This document shows, piece by piece, positions 19,568 through 28,738 of a DNA stretch of 64,000 nucleotides. Within the stretch, counting starts at the first letter, position 1. Every line of letters begins with the position of its first letter. The notes beneath the pieces are model-generated. The model did not search any database, was not told the origin of the DNA, and saw only the letters and a list, made by a program, of their open reading frames with translations. The DNA comes from Ruminococcus sp. (GTDB taxonomy: Bacteria > Bacillota > Clostridia > Oscillospirales > Ruminococcaceae): contig JAFURN010000109.1 in NCBI GenBank assembly GCA_017480865.1, forward strand, positions 4,464-68,463. Direction: 5' to 3'. A program made the position numbers and the translations under genes.

Positions 19568-20356
19568 TCACGCATCTGCGTTATTACCGATTTCGGGCAG
19601 CATAGCCGCTGCAAGCATCTTTGAATATGGATGCGTGAGGCAGCCCGGCTTACCGCTGCATGCTGTATCCTCGACGATCCTGCCATCCTTCATTACGATG
19701 ATACGGCTTGCCATATAAAGTGCAACGTCCATATCATGTGTGATAAACAGCATTGTGCAGCCGTTTTCCTTATGTATTCTTTTGAGCAGGTCAAGAATAC
19801 TTTTTCGCAGAATCACATCAAGACCGCTGATTGCCTCGTCAAAAATAATGATTTCCGGATCTACCGCAAGTGCTCTTGCGATACATACTCTTTTCTGCTG
19901 ACCGCCCGACAATTCGTGGGGCTTTCTTTGCAGAATATCTTCTGATAATTCCATCTGCCTTATCAGCTCCGAGACTCGGTTTTTCTCATCATTCCGGCTC
20001 ATCCTGCATAGATTCCGTATCGGCTCGGCAATGCAGTTATAAATGCTGAAATGCGGGTCGAGTGCACTTTTGCCGTCCTGAAGTACAAGCTGAACCTTTC
20101 TGAACAGTTCTTTTTGCTTTTTGCTGTTAGAACACGCTAACTCAACATCGTTAAAAAAGACCTTTCCGCTTGTGGCAGGAATAAGCCCTGTAATGATCTG
20201 AGAAAGCGTGGATTTTCCGCTTCCTGACTCGCCGACGATTGCACAGAATTCACCGCTGTTTACTGTGAAACTGACATCATTCAAAGCATTCAGCTTATTC
20301 TGATTTTTGTCACGGGAGGTGTAGATCTTGCTAATATTCTGAACAGTAAGCTTCAT
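19568..20356 (-). CDS. Nik/Opp-type ABC ATPase (NikE-like)
   Basis: GESGSGKST, PHELSGGQQKRVCIAR, HPYS. Confidence 0.9.
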   Translation of the reverse strand: MKLTVQNISKIYTSRDKNQNKLNALNDVSFTVNSGEFCAIVGESGSGKSTLSQIITGLIPATSGKVFFNDVELACSNSKKQKELFRKVQLVLQDGKSALDPHFSIYNCIAEPIRNLCRMSRNDEKNRVSELIRQMELSEDILQRKPHELSGGQQKRVCIARALAVDPEIIIFDEAISGLDVILRKSILDLLKRIHKENGCTMLFITHDMDVALYMASRIIVMKDGRIVEDTACSGKPGCLTHPYSKMLAAAMLPEIGNNADA

Positions 20357-21153
20357 TCCGACACCTCCCTGATATTTGCAGTCAGTACACTGGCTTCAAT
20401 AAGACTTCGTGTGTAGCTGTGGTTCGGTGCAGTCAGGATTTCCGACGCCTTTCCTGTTTCGATGATTTCGCCCTCGTTCATGATCATTATATCTCCGCCA
20501 AGCTGAACAGCCGCTGCAAAATCGTGTGTAACCATAAGCACCGCCGTACCGCTTTCACGAAGCTGTCGGAATGCTTCGATGGTTTCGTTTCTGTGGACGA
20601 CATCGAGTGCGGTTGTAGGTTCATCGGCAATGACAAGCCTTGCGTTCACCATAAGCACCATTGCAATCAGCACACGCTGAAGCATACCGCCAGAAAGCTC
20701 AAACGGAAAACTGTGATAAACACGCTCAGCGTCACCAAGTCCAGACTTTTTGAGCGCGTTAAGTACGGCATTTTTCCTTTCGTTTTTCGAAACATCAATA
20801 TGAAGCGAAAGGGTTTCAAGCATCTGCTTTCCGATCTTCATTGACGGATCAAGAGCTGTCATAGGGTTTTGCGGAATAAATGCGATTTCTCCGCCGTAAA
20901 GTTTTCTTTTCTCCTTTGCAGAGAGCGTCAGCAGGTCTGTGCCGTTGTAAAAAATACCGCCCGATATGCTGAATTTCTTCGGGTCAAGAAGTCCCATCAT
21001 AGAGTGACAGGTCATCGTTTTTCCGCAGCCCGACTGACCGAGAATGATCAGCGATTTGCCTTTATCAAGCGAGAAATCTATTTTCCTGACAACAGTATGC
21101 TGTTCCTTTTTTATGATAATTTCAAGCTGTTTGATTTCAATCAGTTTACTCAT
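20353..21153 (-). CDS. Nik/Opp-type ABC ATPase (NikD-like)
   Basis: GQSGCGKT, PQNPMTALDP, ELSGGMLQR, ADEPTTALD. Confidence 0.9.
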   Translation of the reverse strand: MSKLIEIKQLEIIIKKEQHTVVRKIDFSLDKGKSLIILGQSGCGKTMTCHSMMGLLDPKKFSISGGIFYNGTDLLTLSAKEKRKLYGGEIAFIPQNPMTALDPSMKIGKQMLETLSLHIDVSKNERKNAVLNALKKSGLGDAERVYHSFPFELSGGMLQRVLIAMVLMVNARLVIADEPTTALDVVHRNETIEAFRQLRESGTAVLMVTHDFAAAVQLGGDIMIMNEGEIIETGKASEILTAPNHSYTRSLIEASVLTANIREVSE

Positions 21154-21974
21154 AGCGTATCCTCACCTGACATAAGAATATCTCTTAACGCTTCACCGAA
21201 AAGGTTGAAACCCGCTGCAGTCACAAGTATGCACACGCCGGGATAGACAAGCATTTCGGGGTGATTGTAAATACAGGAGCTTGCGTCCTTGAGCATTGCA
21301 CCCCATTCGGAAGTACCTGAAGGCAGACCGAGTCCGAGAAAAGCAAAGGTTGAAATCATAAGAATCGTGGTCGCAATACTTGTTGTGATGAACACAATAA
21401 ACTGCGGCATAATGTTCGGTATCAGATGGCGGAACACAAGCTTCAATCTGCCGCATCCCGAAATTCTTGCCGCAAGGATATAGTCCTTGCCCATTTCTAC
21501 CTGTGCATAGGCTCTTACCATTCGGGTAAACCACGCCCACATTCCGACAATGATCGCAATGACAATATTCACAAATCCGTCTCCCAGCATTCCGATAATC
21601 GCAATACCCACAACAAGCTGCGGCAGTGAAATAAATATATCGCAGATAAAATCGAGAACAGTGTTCATAACCCTTCCGCCGCAAACGCTGAGCGTGCCGA
21701 GAAAAAGTCCGATTGCAGACAGTAAGCCGAGTATGGGCAGGCTTACTCCCATAGAGTATCTTGCACCATAAAGCAGACGGGACAGCACACAGCGTCCGAG
21801 AGCGTCATTTCCCATTGGATAGTCACTGCTTGCCTTGCCGAATTTCAGCATCACATCAACAGCTTCAGGATCATTTGGTGCAAGAAGAGGGGCAATTAAC
21901 GCCGTGAGCAGTACAGCGGCTATGATAACAAGCCCGATCACTGCCTGCGGATTTTTCAGTATCTTATGTATCAT
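21150..21974 (-). CDS. Nik/Opp-type ABC permease (NikC-like)
   Basis: GNDALGRCVLSRLLYGAR, AARISG, RHLIPN, EWGAML. Confidence 0.9.
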   Translation of the reverse strand: MIHKILKNPQAVIGLVIIAAVLLTALIAPLLAPNDPEAVDVMLKFGKASSDYPMGNDALGRCVLSRLLYGARYSMGVSLPILGLLSAIGLFLGTLSVCGGRVMNTVLDFICDIFISLPQLVVGIAIIGMLGDGFVNIVIAIIVGMWAWFTRMVRAYAQVEMGKDYILAARISGCGRLKLVFRHLIPNIMPQFIVFITTSIATTILMISTFAFLGLGLPSGTSEWGAMLKDASSCIYNHPEMLVYPGVCILVTAAGFNLFGEALRDILMSGEDTL

Positions 21975-22905
21975 TATGCTCACCTGCTATCCACGGACAA
22001 AGAAATCTGTTTATCATATCACCGACAAAATTTGCAGCAATAAATACAACTGCGATGATCACTATGCAGGTTGCAGCGGAAGTGGAATCAGCCGAAAGAA
22101 CCGCACTGATCAGATAGGAGCCTATCCCCTCGATGGAAAATACCGCCTCCATGACAGCACTTCCTACAATAAGCGTGCCGAGATACTGACAGAACACCGT
22201 TACAATCGGCGGCAGAGCATTGCGGAAAACATGGCAGAGCAGTATTCTTGTTGAAGAAAGTCCCCTCGCCTTTGCGTATCTTACATAGTCACAGGACAGC
22301 TCCGATAAAAGCGATGAACGGAACAGTCTTATAATTCCGCAAATTGTTGGTATCGAAAGTGCCAGTGAAGGAAGTATGTATCCTTTTATTCCCGGCTCAG
22401 GAAGAACGGTAAACCAGTTCATCTGCACCGCAAGCACGATCAGAAGCATAAATCCAAGCCAGAAGGTCGGTATACACATTCCGAAAATAGTAATGCCTCT
22501 TGTAAGATGGTCAAAAATGCTGTTTTTGAATCTTGCACACAGCAAAGCAAACGGTATGGAAAGAACAAGCGTCCATAACAGCGACATTCCCACAAGACCC
22601 GCTGTTATAGGAAAATACTCCGCTATATCCTCAGAAATCAGACGATAAGAGGTGATCGACAATCCGAAATCACCTGTAAAAAATCCCGATATCCATTTCA
22701 GGTAACGTTCAGGCAGGCTTCCGTCAAGCCCCATTTCCACACGCACCTGTTCAATCAGTTCGGGCGTCGCATTCATATCTCCGTGTCTTGCGATTACTTC
22801 CGCAGGATCCTTCCCTGAAAATGCAATCAGCAGAAAACAGAGTATGCTTACTCCGATCAGCACGGGAATAAATGATATTGCTCGTTTTATAATGTATCTT
22901 TTCAT
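21964..22905 (-). CDS. Nik/Opp-type ABC permease (NikB-like)
   Basis: GDFGLS, IPTFWLG, YAKARGLS, HVFRNAL. Confidence 0.9.
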   Translation of the reverse strand: MKRYIIKRAISFIPVLIGVSILCFLLIAFSGKDPAEVIARHGDMNATPELIEQVRVEMGLDGSLPERYLKWISGFFTGDFGLSITSYRLISEDIAEYFPITAGLVGMSLLWTLVLSIPFALLCARFKNSIFDHLTRGITIFGMCIPTFWLGFMLLIVLAVQMNWFTVLPEPGIKGYILPSLALSIPTICGIIRLFRSSLLSELSCDYVRYAKARGLSSTRILLCHVFRNALPPIVTVFCQYLGTLIVGSAVMEAVFSIEGIGSYLISAVLSADSTSAATCIVIIAVVFIAANFVGDMINRFLCPWIAGEHNDT

Positions 22906-22918
22906 AATTCACCTTTAT

Positions 22919-22936
22919 AGTTAGAAGAAACTAACT
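22919..22936. promoter_or_regulatory. Palindromic operator AGTTAG-N6-CTAACT (DtxR/IdeR-like box)
   Basis: AGTTAGAAGAAACTAACT just upstream of the first permease RBS; second copy at 24725-24740. Confidence 0.6.
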
Positions 22937-23055
22937 TACATCCTTAGAAAAAAGCCATTTCAGGCTGATAAACAAAATGGGTATGAGTTTTAAAACTCAC
23001 ACCCATAAATTATACTATGAAAAATTCTGTTTTTCTACTCCAAATCAACTTTCTT

Positions 23056-24054
23056 TTACTCCGTTTTTTCGGAGCAGCTGCAGCTTCCGCATTGATTGCA
23101 GATGTTCCGTTTGCGGTATTCCAACGGGCACTCGTTCATAACTGCACGGAATGCGGCTGAGAATTTGCTTGCATTGTCATATCCGATTTCCGAAGCAATT
23201 TCTCCAATACTTTTATCAGCCTCGGACACGATAAGCTGAGCAGCATATTTCATTCGTTCACTTCTGATATAGCTTGCGGGAGTTGTTCCATAAATGGATT
23301 TGAAGCAGCATTGCAGGCTGGTTTTGGATATGGCAAACATGGAACACAGTTCATCAACCGTGATCTTTTTTGTAGGATTCTTGGAAAGATAGCTGTAAAT
23401 ATCCTCAGTCGTTTTGGTAACAGCCGGCGGAAAATAGGCAACGGGCTTCGTTTCTCCGATATGCGCAGAAATCAGCTCCAGCAGTTCAAGAACCTTTGTA
23501 ATTCTGAACGATTGACTTTTCTCTGCAAGTTCGTTATAAAAGCCTTCCGCCAAATGCCACACATCCGACTTGTTCGCAAACAGTGTAACGGGGTCAGTCG
23601 TATTTTTTATCCGATCCGAGGAGAGCCAGGCTACATCTGCCCAGGATGCATTTTTCTTGATCCATTCAAGTGCTTTTTCGATTTCTATTATAATTGTGAA
23701 GCCATCGAAAATTCCTGTCGGGCATTGTGAGTCGGTTATCATTGACCTTCCCGGGTCGTTGATGACAATATCGCCTTCACCGAGAAAATATACACTTCCG
23801 TTTTTCAGCGTTACCTGAAAACAGCCCTCTCTGCAGTAATTCAGAGAAATAAACCCCTCCATCGGTGCAACCTGCTGATAACAGCTTTTCATACGCAGTG
23901 AGTTGTAGGAAAGCGTGATTCCCGAAAAGGTGTCAAGACAACGCATACTGCCTTCGCCCGTTTCATTTTTGATTACCATAACATAGGATTTATCCGTATC
24001 TATCTGTTCCTTGAAGGAATATCCCTGGAATGCAGGGTCGCTCATTAAAATCAT
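23056..24054 (-). CDS. AraC-family regulator (PchR/YbtA-like architecture)
   Basis: LNYCREG N-domain; C-terminal double HTH, IGEIASEIGYDNASKFSAAF. Confidence 0.9.
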   Translation of the reverse strand: MILMSDPAFQGYSFKEQIDTDKSYVMVIKNETGEGSMRCLDTFSGITLSYNSLRMKSCYQQVAPMEGFISLNYCREGCFQVTLKNGSVYFLGEGDIVINDPGRSMITDSQCPTGIFDGFTIIIEIEKALEWIKKNASWADVAWLSSDRIKNTTDPVTLFANKSDVWHLAEGFYNELAEKSQSFRITKVLELLELISAHIGETKPVAYFPPAVTKTTEDIYSYLSKNPTKKITVDELCSMFAISKTSLQCCFKSIYGTTPASYIRSERMKYAAQLIVSEADKSIGEIASEIGYDNASKFSAAFRAVMNECPLEYRKRNICNQCGSCSCSEKTE

Positions 24055-24647
24055 TCTATCACCTTTTTCCACGGAATACAGCGGTTAACTTTCCTTTTGT
24101 ATTCTCTATATTCCTCTCCGCAAACTTCTTCAAGCCATTTTTCCTCGGTATTTATCACAAGCACGGTCATAAATCCCCAGTAAAAGAAAAACAGCGGATA
24201 GAAAATCAGCGGCCAGGCAAGAAAATGCTCAGGAGCAGCAAGCTTCCGCCAGCCCTTCCACTCCCAATCGGGGTGACCCTCACAGCCCTTTATCATATTC
24301 TTGTCCTTAACATAAATTCTTGCAAGGCAGTCAAGAAGCACAAAATCACTGATGTTTACAAACATTATCTCAATATATCCCGTCCAGAATAAATTCCAGA
24401 AACCTGTTACTCCTGCCGAATTGGCGCTGACAGCCATATAGACAAACATCAGCAGATACATAGGATAAAGCACCCGATGCATTGTATCAAGATCCTTTTT
24501 CTTTACATACGGTGCGGCTGCTTTTTTTAATCCTTTAGGAAACATAACGCTGTAAGCCTGCGGTATTATAAAAAAGAATAATCCTACAACAGCGTTGAAA
24601 ATAATACATAAAACGATACCGTCTAAGATTGTGCGTGTCCAATTCAT
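24051..24647 (-). CDS. Membrane protein, apparently chimeric, with an ICMT/PEMT-like C-terminal tail
   Basis: Hydrophobic N-part; tail EEKWLEEVCGEEYREYKRKVNRCIPW resembles the ICMT family end; GGAGG RBS. Confidence 0.6.
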   Translation of the reverse strand: MNWTRTILDGIVLCIIFNAVVGLFFFIIPQAYSVMFPKGLKKAAAPYVKKKDLDTMHRVLYPMYLLMFVYMAVSANSAGVTGFWNLFWTGYIEIMFVNISDFVLLDCLARIYVKDKNMIKGCEGHPDWEWKGWRKLAAPEHFLAWPLIFYPLFFFYWGFMTVLVINTEEKWLEEVCGEEYREYKRKVNRCIPWKKVIE

Positions 24648-24724
24648 TGAATTACCTCCGTAATTGCTATCAATTTCACAGTACGACTATTTCTATTACA
24701 AGTATCATAAACACAGTTTCTTTA

Positions 24725-24740
24725 GTTAGTATCCACTAAC
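24725..24740. promoter_or_regulatory. Palindromic operator GTTAG-N6-CTAAC
   Basis: GTTAGTATCCACTAAC upstream of the membrane-protein/AraC unit. Confidence 0.55.
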
Positions 24741-24882
24741 ACAGTTACATTTTACACCTTTTACTGAAAATTGTCAATATGACTGTAAATGCATACTATT
24801 AAGGTGTTCTGTTTATGCAGGAGATCAAGACGCTTGCAGCGCTCATTTTATCAGGACTATCGTATTAAAGGAGATTCAATAC

Positions 24883-24922
24883 AAAGCCCCTCCGGGAGAA
24901 TCTTCTCTCCCGATGGGGCTTC
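24883..24922 (-). terminator. Intrinsic terminator after galT
   Basis: AAAGCCCC..CGGGAGA / TCTCCCG..GGGGCTT hairpin. Confidence 0.65.
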
Positions 24923-24929
24923 GGTTATT

Positions 24930-26420
24930 TTATAATGAAGACACCAGATTTAAAAATGCTTTTCTGCCTGCATCTGTCCTCTTGAACACACCGGCATCCT
25001 CCAGAACCTCCAGAAAAACCTTTCCGATCTCCCGTTCCAGAATCGCTCTTGCATTCTCCTCACAAAAATCCGGATAACGCTTCACAATATCATCTGCCCA
25101 TTCCGCATGATGTGTGAGTTCCGGAATGCGCCGGAGGTCTTCTCCATGCAGCATTGCATCCTGAAGCTGTGCGATCTCCTTTGCAAGCCGTGCAGGAAGT
25201 ACCGCAAGTCCCATCACCTCAATCAGACCGATATTCTCTTTCTTGATGTGATGAAGCGACGGATTCGGATGGAATACACCCAGAGGCCGTTCTTCTGTTG
25301 TGATGTTGTTGCGAAGCACAAGGTCACACTCATAAGCACTGCCGTTTTTCCTTGCGATCGGCGTGATCGTATTGTGGGGAACTCCGTCTGTTTCGGCAAA
25401 TATTCCTGCGCTTCTATCGGAGTACGCTCTCCATTTTACAAGGATCTCATTGCAGCACTTTGCAAGTTCATCCCTGTTTTCAGAAGATACACGAATCACG
25501 GACATCGGCCATTTTACGATACCTGCTTTTACATTGGGATACCTTTCCATGCTGAACTCGTATTCCATGGGAGCCTTCGCCATTGCAAAGGTGTAATTGC
25601 CGCCCTGAAAATGCTCGTGGCTCAGAATCGAGCCGCCGACGATCGGCAGATCAGCATTTGAACCGATCATATAGTGAGGCAGAAAATCTACAATATCAAA
25701 CAGCTTTCCGAATACTGCCGCATCAATGACCATCGGAACATGCTTTTCATTGAAGGCGATGCAGTGCTCGTTGTAGTAGCCGTAGGGAGAATACTGCAGC
25801 TGCCAGCGCTCACCGTTCACCGTGATCGGAATCGGGCGGAGATTCTGTCTTGCCGGATGCGTGCTGTGTCCTGCAAAGCCTGCATTTTCGGGGCAAAGCT
25901 GGCACCTGGGGTATGAAGAGACTTTCCGGGTTTTCGCCGCTGCAATATCACGGGGATCTTTTTCAGGCTTTGAGCGGTTGATCGTAATGTCCAGTGTACC
26001 GTATTCGCAGTCGTATGTCCACTTCATATCCTTGGCAATTCTGCCTGCACGGACATAATTGAGTTTCTTGCTGAAATCGAAATGCCAGTCTGTCGCTTCT
26101 TTCGGATCTGCGTCATAACGCTTTTTAAACTCAGCAATAACCTCTCTCGGCATAGGCGTGAAAATCCCCATCAGCTTTGTATCAAAGAGATCACGGGAAT
26201 TTGCGGTATCGCTGATGATGCCGTTTTCACAGGCATATGCAATCAGCGGACGGAGGATCTCATCGATGGATTCACTTTCGTATGTAGTATCGCTTTCCTC
26301 CCAGTCAGAAAGCTTCAACACCTCCATCAGCTGATTGCGGACAACATACATATCATCGCTTGTGATAAGTTCATTTTTAATTGCATAGCAGATAAGCTTC
26401 TGTACTGCATCGTAGATCAT
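24930..26420 (-). CDS. galT: Galactose-1-phosphate uridylyltransferase (class II)
   Basis: ITINRSKPEKDP, YSPYGYYNEH, NADLPIVGGSILSHEHFQGG, HHIKKENIGLIEVMG. Confidence 0.96.
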   Translation of the reverse strand: MIYDAVQKLICYAIKNELITSDDMYVVRNQLMEVLKLSDWEESDTTYESESIDEILRPLIAYACENGIISDTANSRDLFDTKLMGIFTPMPREVIAEFKKRYDADPKEATDWHFDFSKKLNYVRAGRIAKDMKWTYDCEYGTLDITINRSKPEKDPRDIAAAKTRKVSSYPRCQLCPENAGFAGHSTHPARQNLRPIPITVNGERWQLQYSPYGYYNEHCIAFNEKHVPMVIDAAVFGKLFDIVDFLPHYMIGSNADLPIVGGSILSHEHFQGGNYTFAMAKAPMEYEFSMERYPNVKAGIVKWPMSVIRVSSENRDELAKCCNEILVKWRAYSDRSAGIFAETDGVPHNTITPIARKNGSAYECDLVLRNNITTEERPLGVFHPNPSLHHIKKENIGLIEVMGLAVLPARLAKEIAQLQDAMLHGEDLRRIPELTHHAEWADDIVKRYPDFCEENARAILEREIGKVFLEVLEDAGVFKRTDAGRKAFLNLVSSL

Positions 26421-26435
26421 AGGATCACCTCGTTA

Positions 26436-27425
26436 TTATTCGTCATAGCCATTCGGATGATTCTTGTGCCAGTTCCATGCGCTCTGAATGATCTCTTCCA
26501 GACTGTCATGGACAGGATTCCAGCCAAGGACTTTCTTTGCCTTTTCACTGGATGCCACAAGTCTTGCAGGATCTCCTGCACGTCTGGGGGTTTCTGTTGC
26601 AGGAATCGGATGTCCGGTTACCTTTCTTGCGGTTTCGATGACCTCACGGACGGAGTAGCCCACACCATTACCAAGATTGAAAATATCGCTTTCGCCGCTG
26701 TCCATCAGATACTGAACAGCAAGGATATGCGCCTGTGCAAGATCGGTCACATGGATGTAGTCACGGATGCAGGTGCCGTCCGGCGTATCATAGTCCGTAC
26801 CGTAAATGGAAACGCTCTCACGCCTGCCGTTCGGCACTTGCAGGATCAGCGGAATCAGATGACTTTCAGGGTTGTGTGCTTCGCCGATGCTGCCGCTTTC
26901 ATCCGCACCGCAGGCATTGAAGTAGCGGAGGGAAACAAACCGCATACCGTGCGCCTTTGCCGTCCATTTGAACATCTTCTCCATGGCAAGCTTGGTTTCG
27001 CCGTAGGGATTTGTGGGGCTGGTGCGGTCACTTTCAAGAATCGGGATATTTTCCGGTTCTCCGTAAGTTGCCGCTGTAGAGGAAAATACGATCCTGCCCA
27101 CGCCGTGCTTCACCATTGCATCCAGCAGGACCTTCGTTCCGCAGAGGTTGTTGTCGTAATATTTCAGCGGATCCGTCACGCTCTCACCCACAAGGGAATA
27201 CGCCGCAAAGTGAATGACAGCATCGATTTTCTCCTGCTGAAAGAGGTTATCAAGGAAATTGAAATCTCTGAGGTCACCCTCGTAGAATTTTGCCCCATCG
27301 GGAATAGCTCCCCGGTAACCTGTCACCAGATTATCCGCAATGACAACCGTATGACCTGCTTTTACAAGTTCCAGAGCAGTATGTGAGCCGATATAGCCCG
27401 CACCGCCAAGCACCAGAATACGCAT
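26436..27425 (-). CDS. galE: UDP-glucose 4-epimerase
   Basis: GGAGYIGSH, HFAAYSLVGES, YGETK, DGTCIRDYIHV; start MRILV. Confidence 0.97.
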   Translation of the reverse strand: MRILVLGGAGYIGSHTALELVKAGHTVVIADNLVTGYRGAIPDGAKFYEGDLRDFNFLDNLFQQEKIDAVIHFAAYSLVGESVTDPLKYYDNNLCGTKVLLDAMVKHGVGRIVFSSTAATYGEPENIPILESDRTSPTNPYGETKLAMEKMFKWTAKAHGMRFVSLRYFNACGADESGSIGEAHNPESHLIPLILQVPNGRRESVSIYGTDYDTPDGTCIRDYIHVTDLAQAHILAVQYLMDSGESDIFNLGNGVGYSVREVIETARKVTGHPIPATETPRRAGDPARLVASSEKAKKVLGWNPVHDSLEEIIQSAWNWHKNHPNGYDE

Positions 27426-27426
27426 A

Positions 27427-28719
27427 TTACATGTCCTCCTTTGTGATCTCCACACCGCCAACAGGGCGGATTCTCATTTTCTGACAAGCATGTTCACCGA
27501 AGATCCGGTTCATTTCTTCTGCATAAGCGTCCGCAAGCTTCAGCGGCACAAACGCCTGAATCGTACCGGCAAAGCCGCCGCCATGAACTCTGACCGCACC
27601 TCTGCCATTCAGGATCCGCTTGCTCATCATGATGGCAAGGGGTATTTCCTGCTGCACCGGCTGGGATGTGCTGTAGAGATTCTGCAAAAGCTGTGCGGAG
27701 GAATCTCCTGATGCATTTACAAGACGGAAGAACGCTTCCGTATCCCCTGCTTTCAGAGCCTCTGCCTCCTGCAAGGCACGCCTGTTTTCGTCGAAGAAAT
27801 GCGCCGCTCTCAGAATTGCACGGTCAGAACAGGTTTCTCGGAGCTTCGGGATGGCATTATAAAATGCGCTCTCACTGACCTCACGCAGATGGGTCTTTCC
27901 GAAATATGCTGCAGCCGACTCCATCTCATTGCGGATCGCATCGTAATCGCCGGTCAGGTCTGCATGACTTCCCTTGGTATCTGTTATGCACAGGCAGCAG
28001 CCGTGCGCTTCAAAATCAAAGTCAAACCCTTCAATTTCAGGATCTTCAGTATCGCAGAAATCGATGGAAACCAGTCCGCCCACGGAGGAAACCATCTGAT
28101 CCATCAGACCGCTTTTCTTACCGAAGTAAACATTCTCTGTAAACTGTCCGATCTTTGCGATCTCCACCGCACCGGCTTTGTTATCATTGTAATAGCTGTC
28201 GATAATTGTGCCGATAAGCGTTTCAAATGCCGCAGAGGAGGAGATTCCGCTGCCGCTGAGCACATCGGAGGTACAGTAGAGATCGAAGCCGCCGATCTCT
28301 GCGCCGAGGCTGCTGAACCTCGCCGCAATGCCGCGGATAATGGCAGCTGTCCCTGTTTCGGAGGGCTGTACGGACAGATCATCCAGCTTCACAGTGAAAG
28401 CATCGTAGCCTTCGGATTTTACACGGATGACCTTATCATCGTGAAACGCAGCCACTGCGATTGCATCCAGATTCACTGCCGCCGCCAGCACACAGCCGTG
28501 CTGGTGGTCAGTGTGGTTGCCGCCGATCTCAGTTCTGCCCGGTGCGGAATAGATATGGATGACCTTTCTTTCCGGGTACAGCGCTGCGAATTTCCGCACA
28601 GCATTCAGATAACGCTGTTTCTGGTAAAACAGAGTTTCCTCTGAAGCACCATACAGCTTTTCGAAGGTCCCCCAAAACGCATTGTTTTCAAGCTTCTGTA
28701 TTGCCTCGTGAATGTTCAT
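27427..28719 (-). CDS. galK: Galactokinase
   Basis: APGRTEIGGNHTDH, GSGISSSAA, GLMDQ, RVHGGGFAG. Confidence 0.95.
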   Translation of the reverse strand: MNIHEAIQKLENNAFWGTFEKLYGASEETLFYQKQRYLNAVRKFAALYPERKVIHIYSAPGRTEIGGNHTDHQHGCVLAAAVNLDAIAVAAFHDDKVIRVKSEGYDAFTVKLDDLSVQPSETGTAAIIRGIAARFSSLGAEIGGFDLYCTSDVLSGSGISSSAAFETLIGTIIDSYYNDNKAGAVEIAKIGQFTENVYFGKKSGLMDQMVSSVGGLVSIDFCDTEDPEIEGFDFDFEAHGCCLCITDTKGSHADLTGDYDAIRNEMESAAAYFGKTHLREVSESAFYNAIPKLRETCSDRAILRAAHFFDENRRALQEAEALKAGDTEAFFRLVNASGDSSAQLLQNLYSTSQPVQQEIPLAIMMSKRILNGRGAVRVHGGGFAGTIQAFVPLKLADAYAEEMNRIFGEHACQKMRIRPVGGVEITKEDM

Positions 28720-28738
28720 AATACAACTTCCTTTCACA

